63,962 bases of DNA from Octopus sinensis (GCF_006345805.1 NC_043016.1:28582039-28646000), one strand, 5' to 3'; positions 1 through 13,770 are shown, counted from the stretch's first letter. Notes: generated by a model from the sequence alone, not told the origin. Numbers and translations: made by a program.

Positions 1-1473
1 GCATTTTTTAAATTCATATCAGCAATAACAATACATATTTATTTCCTGTCATTCTTAATAAATATGTTTGTTTCTTTTAGGAGTATTTTAGTTTTAAGAA
101 ACCAACATTATTTAGAGCTTCATGAGTGTTGCAGTTACCACCACTACAAACATTGTCATCAAAACCACACTACCGTCATTATCACAATTACCATCACCAC
201 CATCACTTCAGTTACCACTGTCACTACAACTATCATCACCATCACTACTCCCACTTCACCCCCAGTACTGTTATCAGTAACTCTGTTATCACTAACACCC
301 CCTCATCACCACCACCGTAATCATCAAAATCTGTATTTCGCTTAAGAATTTAACTTTGACATTTTGGAAGAAGTAAAACTGATAGATTTGCTATTTTATC
401 TTTTAAATAGTTTTCTCCATAATTATTTCAAAAACTAATGTTTCATAGCTTACGTAGTGATATTTTCATTTGCACTCGTACAGCATAAAATGTGAATTTG
501 TCACTTTACGTTTTCATTTAAATTACATTTACCATTAATTCACCCAAAAGTGAATTGGCATATTTACGAAATCCTGAAGAAATGGATCTTAAAAACAGTT
601 GCATATTGCTGTGTCGAAAATGAGTGAAAGAATAAAGAAGACTGATTTTGGTTTTGTCTTCTAATAATGCTGCTAACCTATCTGTGATAAACGTGTGTGA
701 TATTGATCTTTCCTACTACAACCAACAAGGTTTCAAACAGTCTTGTATATCAACAGTTTGTGTGAGGAAATCTAAGCCATATGATGTATGTGTGTCAATG
801 TCAACTTTCACAGCTATTAACTTGTTTCTATTCTTCAGCTTCCTTACCTTAGTAACTGGATTCTGTCAATTCCCAAATCATTTTACTCTCAGCTATAACC
901 AACATAGTATATATTCTTTATTTAGGTCCTGAAGCCTGGCTTACATTTTAAAATCAGTATTGTTGTTGTTATCATCATCAGTAGCATTTGTTACATTGTT
1001 TTATGTTGGTTTCTACGATAAAACACATACTTTACACAATCACAGCCCAACAGAGCAACACAACACTCTTCTCATTTTCAAGATGGTAGTGTGTGTGAAT
1101 TGGAGATTTGACTGCTGTTTCTAGCAGGTTGAGAGGTAGAGAATCTGACAGACTGTGACCACAAGAAAGAAGTGGCATTTTTGAAGGAATGATCATTATG
1201 CTAGAACACTTTTTGTTGATTTAATTTTTATTTAATACTATATTTCCTAAAATTTGCAAACTTTAGAACCCCCTAATTATATTTCTTTATCTACACCTGT
1301 AATTAATTACTTGAAGTAATTACAGTGGCATTTAAAACTTAGAAATCCAAAGAAATTTTTGAAAAACAATTTTTTTGTTCATCACCATATCGATCTGCCA
1401 CTTTTTTCCACACTCTTGGAAACTTACTTGTCTACTGACTCCCCCTGTCTGACCCCCTGTATTACTTTTCATA

Positions 1474-1670
1474 TACGAGGGGATGCCGAAAAGTTCCTGG
1501 CTTTAAGGGTGTCATGAAAGGTATAGTTGGAAGCCCAACCTTCTGAGTTCTTTTGCACTGCTCTAAGTGTGTGAATCTGAGAGGGGAGTATGTTGAATAA
1601 AATCATTATTAACTGATCTTCTTGAATTTTCTTTTACCCAAAGCCAGGAAATTTTCAGCTCTCTATCGTA
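1474..1670 (+). mobile_element. Internally deleted mariner/Tc1 (MITE)
   Basis: TA-bounded ~31-bp imperfect TIRs (tacgaggggatgccgaaaagttcctggcttt / aaagccaggaaattttcagctctctatcgta); interior keeps a mariner-type C-terminus, KCVNLRGEYVE*. Confidence 0.85.
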
Positions 1671-2649
1671 TTAATCTTTCTGTAACTTGAGAATACACTC
1701 TGACACATGTTCACCCCCAACTTTTCTCTCGTTACCAATTGGAACAGTCATGTATCTCCTCTACAGCGAGACACCTGTACCTTGCTCTATCATATTTTAA
1801 CTACTCATCACCTGACATAAAGCCACTTCCCTCAAGATTATACCCTTTCAGTTGTGTGGTCTTGTCTTGCGAGTTACTCATTAATGCCAGTAGTAATGTC
1901 ACATAGAAAGCACCCAGTACACTCTGTAAAGTGGTTAGCATTAGGAAGGGTATACAACTGTAGAAACCATGCCAAATATGACAGGAACACTTGGTGCAGG
2001 CCTCTGGCTTACCAGATCCTGTTAAGCCATCTACCTCATGCCAACATGGAAAATAGATATTACATGATGATGATGATTACAGTGGGGTTGCTTGTTCTGA
2101 AACTCCAACTTTTTTATTTTTACAGTTTGTTGAAGCTTGTATTAATGATTATATTTGATAAAACAATAGGTTCATTACTATAGAATTTTTTTTTAAAAAT
2201 ACATCCTTGTCAGGTAGTAATTAATTTCAATGTGTCTTCTGCTATAAAAAAGATACCCATCCTCTGATGTAGAGATTCCATGTTTGGTCTGAAGAGCATT
2301 TCATTGATTAATTTGTCGTGTTTACTTCCTTCTCTTGCAATCCTGAGATAGAATTCTGACAAGTTTTATTATATTTTATTCCTCTAAATCAATGAACTAA
2401 GTTGTAGTAATACTAGCATTGAATTGTGAAGAGTAATTGTTTGAGTTTCTGATATTTTTTTTAAAGATTTGTGAATATGACTTCTTAGTAACAACAACTT
2501 GTAGATTTAACCAAGAACAACTACCATATTTACTGGGTATAATGAGAGAAATTTAATAGACAATACCAGAGTTAAAATTGGAAAGGGAGCATTATACTGT
2601 TTTTTTTTTGTTTTTTTTTAATTCTGAAAGAAGAGGTTGTGCCTATAAT

Positions 2650-2990
2650 CTTTGCAGTCCATTTGAGACAGACTGGCAAGGTTGATGCTATTAATGTTAT
2701 AGGTGAAAACCTGCAGGGAAGACATGAGTTTGGAAAAGATTCCAGTGGAATGATGTTCTGGGAATGAAGGATGCACCAAGAATGATGGTATGTGAAGAGA
2801 GATGTTCAGGTTAGGGTTGTCTGAGTGGTGGATGTATGAGATAAGCAGCTGTGAGGAACAGGGGGTAATAGCAGTGATAGAAAAGACAGAGAAGATATAG
2901 CATGCTTGTCGGCTAGTGTTTTACAACTCATCAATCAAATGGCCCTATTATAGAGGTGGTCTGAGGTTCTGTCCAAAAAACATAAACTAT
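2650..2990 (-). mobile_element. Degenerate CR1/Jockey-like LINE ORF2 C-terminal fragment
   Basis: Frameshifted minus-strand peptides CSSQL and SFIPRTSFHWNL..HVFP resemble the SFFPRT..LWN.LP..VFP tail. Confidence 0.5.
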
Positions 2991-4004
2991 ATCTAATTTT
3001 TAAGTTAAAAAGAGTGGGATTGCATTACATTTAAGATGGCATTTATTGAGGTAAATACACTATTTCTGATATTGTTGGCCAGGACTAGAGATGGTATGTC
3101 ACCAATGAGGTCATGAATGGTGATCAAAGAGCTTTGACAAACATAACTGATTGATTAACCAAATAATTAATCAAATAATAGATTAGCTAATTGATTAAAT
3201 AATCAATTGATAAATAATTAAAAAAATAAAACAGCCTGTGTGTGTGTTTATCATTGGCATAATGACCCTCTCAATATACTACAAAGCCTGTTTTAATACA
3301 TGCTTTCACATTAAGAATCTTGCAAAGCAAATGCAAAAACGAAATAAAATTGCAATTCATCTAAAAATGTTCACTGAACAAGGATTTTTATGTTTTATAG
3401 GTATTTTGAATTTTTGAATATTATAGTATCAATAAAATGGATTTTTTTTTTATTCTTCAAAGATTAGGAACACTCTACATTAATTTATCAATTCTCTTCA
3501 GTGTTTGCCATTTTGTTTTCATCATTGATAAATAATTTGTTATTGATTTTAGATTTTGGAAAGCAACATCTACAGTTTCTGTTGCATATCCAACAATACC
3601 CACATTTTTTTTTTTTGACATCAATCAATATTCTTTGAAAATATCCAACAATGTTGCTTATTCTGCAATATCTACTATTTGTGTCATATCAAGGAATAAT
3701 ATCACATTAATTCTTTCATGTACATTTTTTTCTTACTAGCATAAGTAGATAAACATGTTATTGAAGATGCCTTTATTTTTGCTATTCTTTACTAATTTTC
3801 CCAAGGAAGGGATTACTTGTTCCACGCACCTTCAAAGGCACAAAGTAAGCAAGAGAGTTGTCAGATTCTCTGAGTTTTTCCTATCAACAAATGCATATGT
3901 ATTAGTTGATGTAAACTACCTTAGTATAAGCAACTGTAGATGTAAACCAACACACATATGACAGCCTTCTTTCAGTGTCTGTCTACCAAGTCCACTCAAT
4001 GTTA

Positions 4005-5033
4005 TTCATCATCATCATCATTGTTTTACACTCGCCTTCCATGCTGGCATGGGTGGGATGGTTTGACAAGAGCCAGTCAGGCAGAAGCCTGTACCAGACT
4101 TCTGTGACAGTTTTGGCAGAATTTTTACATTTGGATGCCCTTCCTAACACCAACCACTCAGCAGAGTGGACTTAGTGCTTTTTACATGACACAAGCACAG
4201 GCAAGGTCAGTTTTGGCAAGGTTTTTACGGCTGGATGCCCTTCCAAACACCAACCACTTTACAGTGTGGACTGGGTGCTTTTAAGTGGCACCTGCACTGA
4301 CAGGGCCACCAAGTACTTGCAAGACAAAAAAATAAAATTTATTTTGAGAAGGGAGGAGGCATTGGAGGCGGTGATCTTGTGTATGATGATGAAAAGTTAT
4401 AGTGAGACAGTCAGAAACAGGTGCCTTGCTGTAGAGGAGGTTACCAAGCCAGAGAGAGGGATATCAGGAATGAAGACAGAAACAGGTGCTCTATTGAGAC
4501 AGGGCGTGTGCAGAATACACAGGTCAGAAGCTAGCAGAGAGCAATGATGCAGTGTCATAGGGTCAAGAGCACAGGATTGGGGTGTGGGAGGTAAGTTTAG
4601 TGCATGAAGTGGAAATGTGAAGAGAAGAGATATAGTTGGGTTTGTTGTGGTAGTGTGCATGAGAAATTTTCTTAAGTGTGGGTGGGGCAAACAGCACTTC
4701 TAGAACTCAGTTTTGCTAATGTGGGCAGGTCTTCTCAAGAACTTCATATCACCAGACATCTAAGTCTATTGTCATTTCCTCCATGAAGTTCAACATCTTG
4801 AGATCAGTCCTTACTACTTCATCCCATGTCTTCCTGGGCTTCCCTCTTCCACAGGTACCATCTACTTTCAGTGATTGGCACTTCTTTATACAGCTGTCTT
4901 TACTCATACACATTACATGTCCAAACCAACATAGTCTTCTCTCTTGCATGCTACATTTGATTTGTGAATGTATTTTAAATATATACGACAGACATTGAGC
5001 ACAAGCCTTGTGCAAACTAAGTTTACACACCAT
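4005..5033 (-). mobile_element. 5'-truncated RTE-clade LINE (ORF2 C-terminus, long 3' UTR, (GAT)n tail)
   Basis: [12 protein letters not shown]...GTCGRGKPRKTWDEVVRTDL; sequence downstream of the ORF is homologous to the + strand copy at 50200-51000. Confidence 0.85.
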
Positions 5034-5364
5034 ATAGCTAGATGGGCTCAGAAGAAAAGTCTAGTATTTAATAATTATTGTTATTATCATTAAAATATTA
5101 ATACTAAATTAAGATACATGTACATTTTAATTGTTAAATTTTTTGCATAAGCATTTTGCAATGAGAGGGGGAGCCTGGTTGAAATTGAAATGAAATTATA
5201 TGTGGCCTTAGCAACTAGATATTGAAAATATGGGGGAATCCTAGATTCATTGACTAAATCACATATGAATAATAATAGCAATAACTTAGCTGTTGATTTA
5301 AGAGTGAGTGAGCAAGTTGTTGATTTGTTATTCATGGCCCAGTGAATTATTGTCTTCACTTTAG

Positions 5365-5412
5365 AAATAGAATTTTCAAGTTTAAGCCTTGTTTTGCCAT
5401 ACTGGCAAGTGG
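5365..5412 (+). CDS. Candidate exon 1 of an unidentified upstream exon chain (IEFSSLSLVLPYWQV), phase 1 to 1
   Basis: gtcttcactttag acceptor, gtatgt donor; open in the frame that joins 7744. No homology recognised. Confidence 0.35.
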
Positions 5413-6049
5413 GTATGTGGGTTTGTTCCAGCATAGCATCTCACTACAAATAATGAAAGACTCTGCTTGGAGCATTAATCTTCACATCTCATACCATTGC
5501 TTTGGTCTTTTGTTAATATTTCCTTACCATTTTATGTCAACACTATTTTATATGAATACTCACCCTAAGTCCTTAAGCTTTGAAATCTAATCTTTTTGTA
5601 CTTTTAGTTGTAAGATATCTAAAGATTTGAAACCTTATCATTAGATATAAGATAAAGATGAGACATTGCTGGGTTGTGGTGACATAAATGAAGGAATTAT
5701 TTTTTTGATTTTTATATTGTGTAAAGAAAATTATCTTTAATCTTAAACAGGTCTTTAGTTCCATTAGTGAAGGATTCATTTTAAATATAGAATGTTATTT
5801 ATTGAAGTCATATCTCTGCCTGCCTGTCTGTCTTTCTCCCCTTTCCTTGACCAGCAAAGCTTTTTACTTTCTTTAATTGCTGAATCTAGAGGATGGAACA
5901 AAGCCCATGAATCTTGCAAACCTTTTGAGATTATTGATACTGATGCCATTAACATTCACGTGTACGTGAATCTCTTGGTAAAACTGTCTTTTTGTACATT
6001 CTGTCTCTTGGATCAGTAACTTTCTGCCAGCTTGTACTATCACAGTGTG

Positions 6050-6700
6050 CTAAGGGATACTCTATCAACTCTAGTGTATTCCAGGATTCAGTTTTGTCCC
6101 TTATATTCTTCCTTCATGTTGTGGAGTGAACTGACATCCCTGCTCCTGACTGTCAGTGGATTGGATGAGCCTTATAAATAGACGAGCCAGTAGACAGTTG
6201 AGGTCGAGCTGTGAGAGCATTAGTCTCATAATTGATTCTGTGTTGGAGTATTGGATTGATATTGTGTGAACGGTTTGTTACATTGCTTATTGTCATACAA
6301 TTATATTTAGTACTGTGATATATTGTTACACACACATTATATATCGCCACTGACAATATAACACTTCTGTACATCCATGACCTATCTACCATCATTTTCA
6401 GTAACACTCCCACACAGATGATATTACTTTTCAATCTTCCCTTATCTCCTTCATTTAAGTAGTATCCACTTGCAACCTAGATATTATTTCATTGTCAAAC
6501 TTACAGTACCTTTATAATCATAGAACTTGAAAAACATCCTGCATTGGGGCTGTGCCAATCTGGTCTCCTGCAAGACACACTACTGCTTACATCAAGAGAA
6601 TATTCTTGCTCCCTTCAAATATTAGCTGTTACTGTTACTGATTTCTCCTGGCTAACATATATCTTCAGCAAAGACAAAGTACCAGATATTACTTCAGTCC
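6050..6700 (-). mobile_element. Highly degenerate RTE-like LINE AP-endonuclease fragment
   Basis: Minus-strand VLQETRL and GVLL motifs across several frameshifts. Confidence 0.4.
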
Positions 6701-7089
6701 CCAACAACTATTAAATCTCTATAAAACTGAGTGAGAATTGCAATAGAGTACTGCACCCATGTCTGGGGTAGTACTGCTACTTCAGACATTATAGACTGTG
6801 ACCAAAGAAAGACCACTTATTGATTGTCATAAAGTGTTACACGAACCTCTCTCCCACAGATCTGTCTCTATTCTGATTGTTTTTTCTTTCTTTTCTGCTA
6901 CTGCAACCATTGCCTCTGCTCTTAAAAGTCAGCTGGTATCTTACCAAAATTACTCCCAGCTTGTCCATCTGCTTCTTGTTTCCTATAGCAATAGTCCCCA
7001 GCCATTTTTGTACCACAGACCAATTTCATGCACAACAATTTTCCCACAGACCAGGTGATCACATGCATAACAAAACGCAAAGTGCATAC

Positions 7090-7310
7090 TATCATCATCA
7101 TCATCGTTTAACGTCCGCTTTCCATGCTAGCATGGGTTGGACGATTTGACTGAGGACTGGCGAACCAGATGGCTGCACCAGGCTCCAACCTCAATATGGC
7201 AGAGTTTCTACAGCTGGATGCCCTTCCTAACACCAACCACTCCGAGAGTGTAGTGGATGCTTTTACGTGCCACTGGCACGAAGGCCAGTCAGGTGGTACT
7301 GGCAACGGCC
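7090..7310 (-). mobile_element. RTE 3' UTR fragment (aagggcatccag...gatgatgat family); further copies near 1900, 8385, 12455, 21680, 28480, 34880, 40130, 55065, 59590
   Basis: Recurrent motif ggaagggcatccagc...catgctagcatggaaa.cggacgttaaa(gat)n in both orientations. Confidence 0.85.
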
Positions 7311-7743
7311 ACGAAAAAATCGTGTACCCACGCCCCCGACCCTATCAGTGTTCCCTGCCCAGAAAATCTTGTACCTGTGTCCTTTGCCTGTGAGGAACTT
7401 AGTAGAACGTTCTCTCCACCTTACTTCTTGGATGCAGTACATATCAACACATCTCTGCTCATTTGATTATATACATATATGATACCTGTATTTATATTAC
7501 AGATATTATAATGCAAAAGCACCCTGCAGATTGCTGTAGTTAATAAAATAGAAATAAAATTTTAAAACTCATTCTTTCTATGCAAATGATCTATGATCTG
7601 GTACTAGTTTGTGGCCAACTGGTTGGGGACCACTGACCTATAGTATGTCCTCATTCCATTAGGTCTTGCACTAACTACGATACCCAGTCACACTGTTGTC
7701 TCTCTGTAATTTCCTTTTCTCTAAATGTTTTTTTTTCCTGCAG

Positions 7744-7811
7744 ACATTGACTTACAACAGTTTAATCAGAACATTGACATCAATCTCACCAATCTCAGAC
7801 AGTCTGTGAAG
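7744..7811 (+). CDS. Candidate exon 2 (DIDLQQFNQNIDINLTNLRQSVK), phase 1 to 0
   Basis: Strong pyrimidine tract + tgcag; AAG|gttatg donor; only one of three frames is open. Confidence 0.5.
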
Positions 7812-8277
7812 GTTATGAGTATAGCTGCTTCCTTTAGACAAAAAAAAATAATAAAATAATAATAATAGTAAACCCAGTTAAAAAAAGGAAAGAAAGAAAC
7901 AGAAATAAAAAAAAAATGTATTTTATATATTACCATTTTCAGTTGGTGATTATTTATCTTTTAATGTCAACCACTGATGGAATAGTAAGGCCTGGAAAAT
8001 AAAAACAAGATTTGATTCATATTTTCATTTAAAGCAACTTGACATATGCCATTAATGTCTTTCAAATGAGATACTCATGAAAATCAACTAAATTCCTACC
8101 ACCACCACTGTCACTTCCACCACCACCACCACCACCACCACCACAACTTTTAAATATATATGTATATATATAAATTTAAAGAAGACAGAAAATTGAGAAA
8201 TATCGATGAACAACAATTGACTTATATCATTTATTACTTATTAATTCAATACAAATAGACTACATCCCATCTAACAG

Positions 8278-8350
8278 CTGTTTCTGCTTCCAATGTTGTA
8301 TGGTATTGCCATTGATATGCTAAAATATGTATGCCCATGGTTAAACATAG
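8278..8350 (+). CDS. Candidate exon 3 (LFLLPMLYGIAIDMLKYVCPWLNI), phase 0 to 1
   Basis: catctaacag acceptor, gtaata donor; open in the required frame. Confidence 0.4.
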
Positions 8351-10004
8351 GTAATATATCCATAGTGTAATAGATACATCTATCCCTGGCGTTAGGAAGG
8401 GCATCCAGCCGTAGAAACACTGCCAGATTTGACTGGGCCTGATGAAGCCTTCTGGTTTCACAGACCCCAGTAGAACCGTCCAACCCATGCTAGCATGGAA
8501 AATGGACGCTAAACGATGATGATGATGATGATGATGATATATATGTGTATATATATGTATATTCTGGTGGGTGACAAGTTCAAAAGAAGTCATGTCCATC
8601 CACTTTGGTTAAAGTACTCAAGTACCTAAGTCCAAGGATGAATAAAATATTTAATCCATAATCGTTAGTCCGATGAAATATATTTTTTCTGACTAATTAA
8701 TGATTAGGAATTATATGTATGTGTGTGTGTGTGTATGTGTGTCTAAATCTGTCTGTCTGACTCTGCTTCAAACACACCTAAGTTGCCAGGTAGTGGTGGT
8801 GTGGGGTGATGGTATTAAAATTGGGAATGGATTAGGTCTACTAACCCAAGTAAGCTATGGCAGGAGATGGAACAAATACTGCAAGGCATCTGGTCCAACC
8901 TTCTTAAAAGTTCCCTCCACTCAACTGTTCTGGGTTGGTACATTTCATTACCAACCCAGAATGGATGAACGGTAAAGCTGGCTTTGGTGGGGTTTGAACT
9001 CACTGCACTGATATGTACATTATAAATAAATATCTAGCCTATCACACACCGTATTTTTTTGTAATAGAAATAATAATAATAATAACTAAAACTTATATTA
9101 ATCTTTTCATAAACATCAGTTGTTGATATTTGAATTGCTTTTTTTTTAAAATTTATGAACCCCACCCTATCCCATCTCTCTCCCCAACCATGTTGTTCTC
9201 TTACATTCATGTACATTCTGTTCTTAACTTTTCCTTTCCTTCTATTTTCCCCACTTTGTTAGCCTCTCCCTCTCCATCACATTAAATTCTTGTTGCCCAT
9301 CTTATCAGTTCTCTTTTATTTTCTTTCCCCTATTTTCTTTCATCATCTCTCCCTTCCCCAATGCATGCACCCCCCCCCACTTCCTTTGCTCCTTACACTC
9401 TGCTCTTGTCTCTGCACTCTGCTACACTTTGCTAATGATATAATAGTACATATTTCTTTCTACCATCCCCTATCAGTATATTCTATGAGAGACCATGTGC
9501 TGCTAGAATATTTCATTTTATGTTCATCTATCTATAATGTGTGTGTGTGTAGTAGAATATGAAATAGGAAGTCCTTGGTACAGTATTAGATATTTGAAAT
9601 ACACACACACACATGTATATAGTATAGTAGCTATACTATCTGTCTATAATGTATATAAGCAGCATATAAACATACGCACACACATACACATACATATATA
9701 TGATACTTTCTATCTGTAATGTATGTATAACAGTATAGTATCTACACTGTCTGCATGTACCATAGAAGTTGTATGATATCTGTGTATAAAATAGTGTCCT
9801 AGAACATACTCTCAAGATATATTAGCTATATTGTATATGCACAACATAGTACCTAAATTTCTATTGTAGTTCCACTTACTATTCATAAGATTGTTGTTCA
9901 AATAAATCATTAACAAACTATTGTTGTTGTTATTATTATTATTATTATTATTATTTTTATTAGGAGTAGTAGTAGTACTAGTAGTAGTAGTTTTATTATC
10001 TTCT

Positions 10005-11360
10005 CCTGAGTTATCTATGTCACATCTCAGCTCCCCCTCCCACAGCTTAGAGATGCAACACTTTTCTCAACAAATGAGCAGTTCCAAGTACTGCTGCCAA
10101 CTGAAAATACTTCCTAAGTTCTGGTATCTGTAGCTTTTGATGCCAGAACGTTGCTTTCTTTGAGATGGTCCCAAGTGCACTGATCACAATAGATACCACA
10201 CTTACTTTTGAGTCTCTATGGATGCATTTCACTTCCTATGCTAGGTCTTGGTATTTCTCGACTTTCTCATTCATCCTCTGTTTCTACAATGTTCTGCTCT
10301 GTGGGTATGCTACATTGATGAAGGTCCATTCTTTGGACTCCTTTCATAGGAGAGTGATATCTCTGTAGATTAGCATATCCCGTGTGAGTTTTACCTGATT
10401 ATTCTCTGCTACTGGCAAAGGTTGGTGCTCATGCCATTTGTTGGAACATTCTAGCCCATACTTCTCACACAACTCCTCATGCTCATCGTCTGTTGAGCAT
10501 TGTGGTCTGTGAAAGTTCTGCATTGGAGTTTTATAGGGGATTAGTGACAGGTAAGAACAATGATGTCCTCAGGGAAACTGGGTGTCAAGGGAGATTAGTT
10601 AGCTGATCTTTCCCAGGGTCTTTTGGGCTGGGGTCTATGGATAATTTCTAGAAATCTCTGGCCTGTCAGTACTACTGGTGGGGTCTGCTAATTCAAGACA
10701 AGCTATACAGGTATGGAAGTGCTGTCATAGGAACCCATCTGAGATGTGTGTAGGGTAATGAAACCATTCTGCATCCATTCAACTAGTGTCCAGGCACTGT
10801 TGACTTGTGGAGTTTTGTTGTGTGTTGGACAGATCTGGTTGTCAACCAAGTCTACCATGAGGATTACCTTGCCACCTTCTTTTGGCTGGGAAAGCTGGCA
10901 GCCTTCCTCTGTCTAGAGGCTATGCCAAAAGAGGTAGTGTAGTGGACGAAGCTGAAAGGACTGAAGGCAGATACTTTTTCTCTTTAGCTAAGCCCTCATC
11001 AGCTTTCTCGGGTTCTACTTGAAAAGGAAAGTGATGGTGGAGGGATAAGCACTGCCCCCCAGAATTTTTATTGAAAGGTGAGCGAATGTGGCAAAGATGG
11101 CCCATGTGAATGGGCCTACTCTGAACATACATCTGTAGGATGGAGAGGACGAAGAGGATAGAAGTGCCTGTTTGGGGTGGCTTTGGTGATTGAGGAGACC
11201 AGGATGTGTGGAGTTCCTTGGTTGGCCCTGGATGCCCCCACTCCTTTGGGGAACATTATTAAATTTTGTTGTTAATTGTTCTTGTTTTATTGTATGCACA
11301 TTTTTGTGTGCTAAGTCCCACATATCCCTTGTTTTGTGTTTGACCCTTATGACCAATAAA
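10005..11360 (-). mobile_element. Deleted RLE-type (R4/Dong-like) non-LTR retrotransposon; coding remnant at about 10047-10470
   Basis: Minus strand reads LCEKYGLECSNKWHEHQP, EKVEKYQDLA, SIVISALGTI, AAVLGTAHLLRKVL*, as in restriction-like-endonuclease LINE C-termini; trinucleotide repeats on both sides. Confidence 0.75.
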
Positions 11361-11394
11361 AAAAGGTAGTAGTTGTTGTTGTTATGATAAAGGT

Positions 11395-11625
11395 TGGTTT
11401 ATTGGTAGAATTGTCGGTAGAATCGTTAGCATGCTGGGCAAAATGCTTAGCAGCATTTTATCTGTCTTTATTTTTTGAGTTCAAATTTTGCTGAAGTCGA
11501 CTTTGCTTTTCATCTTTTTGATGAAATAAGTACCAACTGAACATTGGGGTCGGTGTAATCAGCTTACCCCATCCCTCAGAATGGCTGCCTTTTGTATCAA
11601 AATTTGAAACTGTTGATGTTGTTGT

Positions 11626-11657
<32 letters not shown>

Positions 11658-11905
11658 TTGCTGTTGCTGCTGTTGTTGTTGTTGCTGCAGGCAGGCAGGC
11701 AGAATTGTTAGCGTGCCAAGCGAAATGCTTAGCAGTATTTTGTCTGTCTTCATGTTCTGAGTTCAAATTCTACTGAGGTAGACTTTGCTTTTCATCTTTT
11801 CGGGGTTGATAAAATGTGTACCAGTTGAACACGGGGGTCAATGTTATTGACTAGTCCCCTCCCCCAAAATTTCAGGTCTCTTGCCTATAGTAGAAAGGAT
11901 TATTG

Positions 11906-11910
<5 letters not shown>
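11395..11910 (+). mobile_element. Two tandem copies of tRNA-headed SINE family B (gttagc...ttcaaatt...gactttgcctttcatcc) separated by (GTT/GCT)n; similar pairs near 36430, 48962, 53415
   Basis: Repeated ~200-bp body seen more than 12 times in the window. Confidence 0.85.
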
Positions 11911-11943
<33 letters not shown>

Positions 11944-12944
11944 GGATCACATTGTGGAGTAATTTCTGTTGTGTTGTTATTAACTGAGACTGAACTGATG
12001 AGCTAATAATGATAACCAATACAACAGAGCTTAGCAACAGCAGTGAAGTTAGGAGAAACATAAATGGCAGATTCTTTTGAATATTATTGATCATGTTGAT
12101 ATTTCAGTTGCTGAATGTGCCAAGAGGAGAGGAATAGTATTAAACAAAGATGTAAAAGGCTAACTACTAATAGTCATGTGAATAAACTAAAAATGAGTGC
12201 TATCCAAATCATGGCATCTTTGCTCCACCCATTTTAAGACTGATTTACACATGTGACTGGGAATGATGTTTTCCTTATAATTGCAGTTGTTAGAAGGAAA
12301 AAAGCAAAATAATAATAATAATAATAATACAAACAAACAAATAATCAGTTTTTACTAAGAAAGTCAAGATTTAAAGTTGTGATCTGTAAATGTTTGTTGG
12401 TGTTATGGAATTATTTTAATTATGGTGTATAACTACATCATCATCATTATCACCGTCATCATCATCATCATCATCATCGCTTAACATCTGCTTCCCATGC
12501 TGGCTCAGGTTTAGATGGTTTAACACGGAGCTGGATAGTAGGGAATCATCCAGACTCCAGCTGTCTGTTGTGACATGGCTTCTACGGCTGGATGCCCTTC
12601 TTAACACCAACCACTTGTTGATAAATTAAGTACCAGTTATGCACTGGGGGGTCGATGTAATCAACTTAATCCCTTTGCCTGTCCTTGTTTGTCCCCTCTA
12701 TGTTTAGCCCCTTGTGGGCAACAAAGAAATAAGAATATGCTGGGTGCTTTTTACGTGCCACCAGCACCTGAAAGGACAAGCCTGTATGCGTAGAAGACAG
12801 CAGTTCTACTTAGCTTGACATGTCTTACCAAGTACAACAGTTCACCACACCACCTGGTTCCTTGTCACTTCCTCTGTAAGACCCAGCATCCAAAGATCCT
12901 TTCTCACTGCTTTGTCCATATCAGTAATGTTGTTTTTTGTTGTT

Positions 12945-13200
12945 GTTTAGCTCTTGGTCTGTCCTGACTCAGCAGACCAATGATCAAAGATGTTCCTGCT
13001 GTGGTCATCCTGTCTCTTATTCAGACATAGTGTACCTAGGAGACATTATCTCGCAGTTAGTATTAATGGTTGTAGTTGTTTAATCCCAGGTCAGTGTTGA
13101 TTCAGAGAGACTTATGATCAAATATGTTCTAGCTATGACCATGTCATCTTTTATTCAGACATAATATATCTGGTATTACATTATCTAATAAATCCTTCCT
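12945..13200 (+). repeat. About 2 tandem copies of a ~130-bp dispersed repeat unit; inverted homologue at 24095-24480
   Basis: Shared motif tgatcaaagatgttcc.gctgtg.ccatc...ttattcagaca repeats internally. Confidence 0.7.
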
Positions 13201-13367
13201 TCTATAAGTTAGTAGGATGTGATTTGGGTGGGGTTTTGGCTACTTCTAGCAGGTCTGATGACCATCTAGTCTTCCTTGTGGATTGGCTTATTTAGTTGTT
13301 GTTTAAGCTTATGATCCATCCCAACTGAGCATGCCTATAAACAAAGGTATTCCATCCATGACCTCTC

Positions 13368-13768
13368 AGGCAGTAACCATTGCTGTGTGGTAAAAAGCTT
13401 GCTTCCCAAGCACATAGTTCCAGATTCAGTCCCTCTGTGTGATACCTTGGGCAAGTGTCTTCTACTATAGCAAGGCTGACTGAAGCCTTGTGAGTGGGTT
13501 TGGTAAACAGAAATTGAAAGGTGGCGAGCTAGCAGAAACGTTAGCACTGTGGGCGAAATGCTCAGCGGTATTTCGTCTGCCGTTACATTGAGTTCAAATT
13601 CCGCTGAGGTCAACTTTGCCTTTCATCCTTTCGGGGTTGATTAAATAAGTACTAGTTACGTACTGGGGTTGATATAATCGACTTAATCCATTTGTCTGTC
13701 CCTGCTTGTCCCCTATATGTATAGCCCCTTGTGGGCAATAAAGAAATAAGAAATTAAAAGAAGCCCAT
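13368..13768 (+). mobile_element. Head of SINE family A interrupted by a family B SINE (13521-13748)
   Basis: Family A sequence resumes after the insert; 12-bp TSD agaaattgaaag / agaaattaaaag with one mismatch. Confidence 0.8.
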
Positions 13769-13770
13769 CT

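Noticed and set aside
64-345. His/Thr-rich ORFs after an acceptor-like ttcttttag at 80
   Set aside because: Low-complexity (CAC/CAT/TAC) sequence; no convincing donor or homology.
847-925. Minus-strand exon suggested by a gtaagg donor
   Set aside because: Stops in all frames from the plausible acceptors.
757-956. Possible further exons (757-785 and 926-956) extending the upstream chain in phase
   Set aside because: Very short, with several alternative acceptors; cannot be distinguished from chance without RNA data.
11458-11766. Poly-Q and poly-A/T ORFs
   Set aside because: Translation of a (GTT/GCT)n microsatellite between two SINEs.
12190-12260. FKTDLH peptide as the missing HERC2 first exon
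   Set aside because: No KWL/RLD context and no phase-0 donor.
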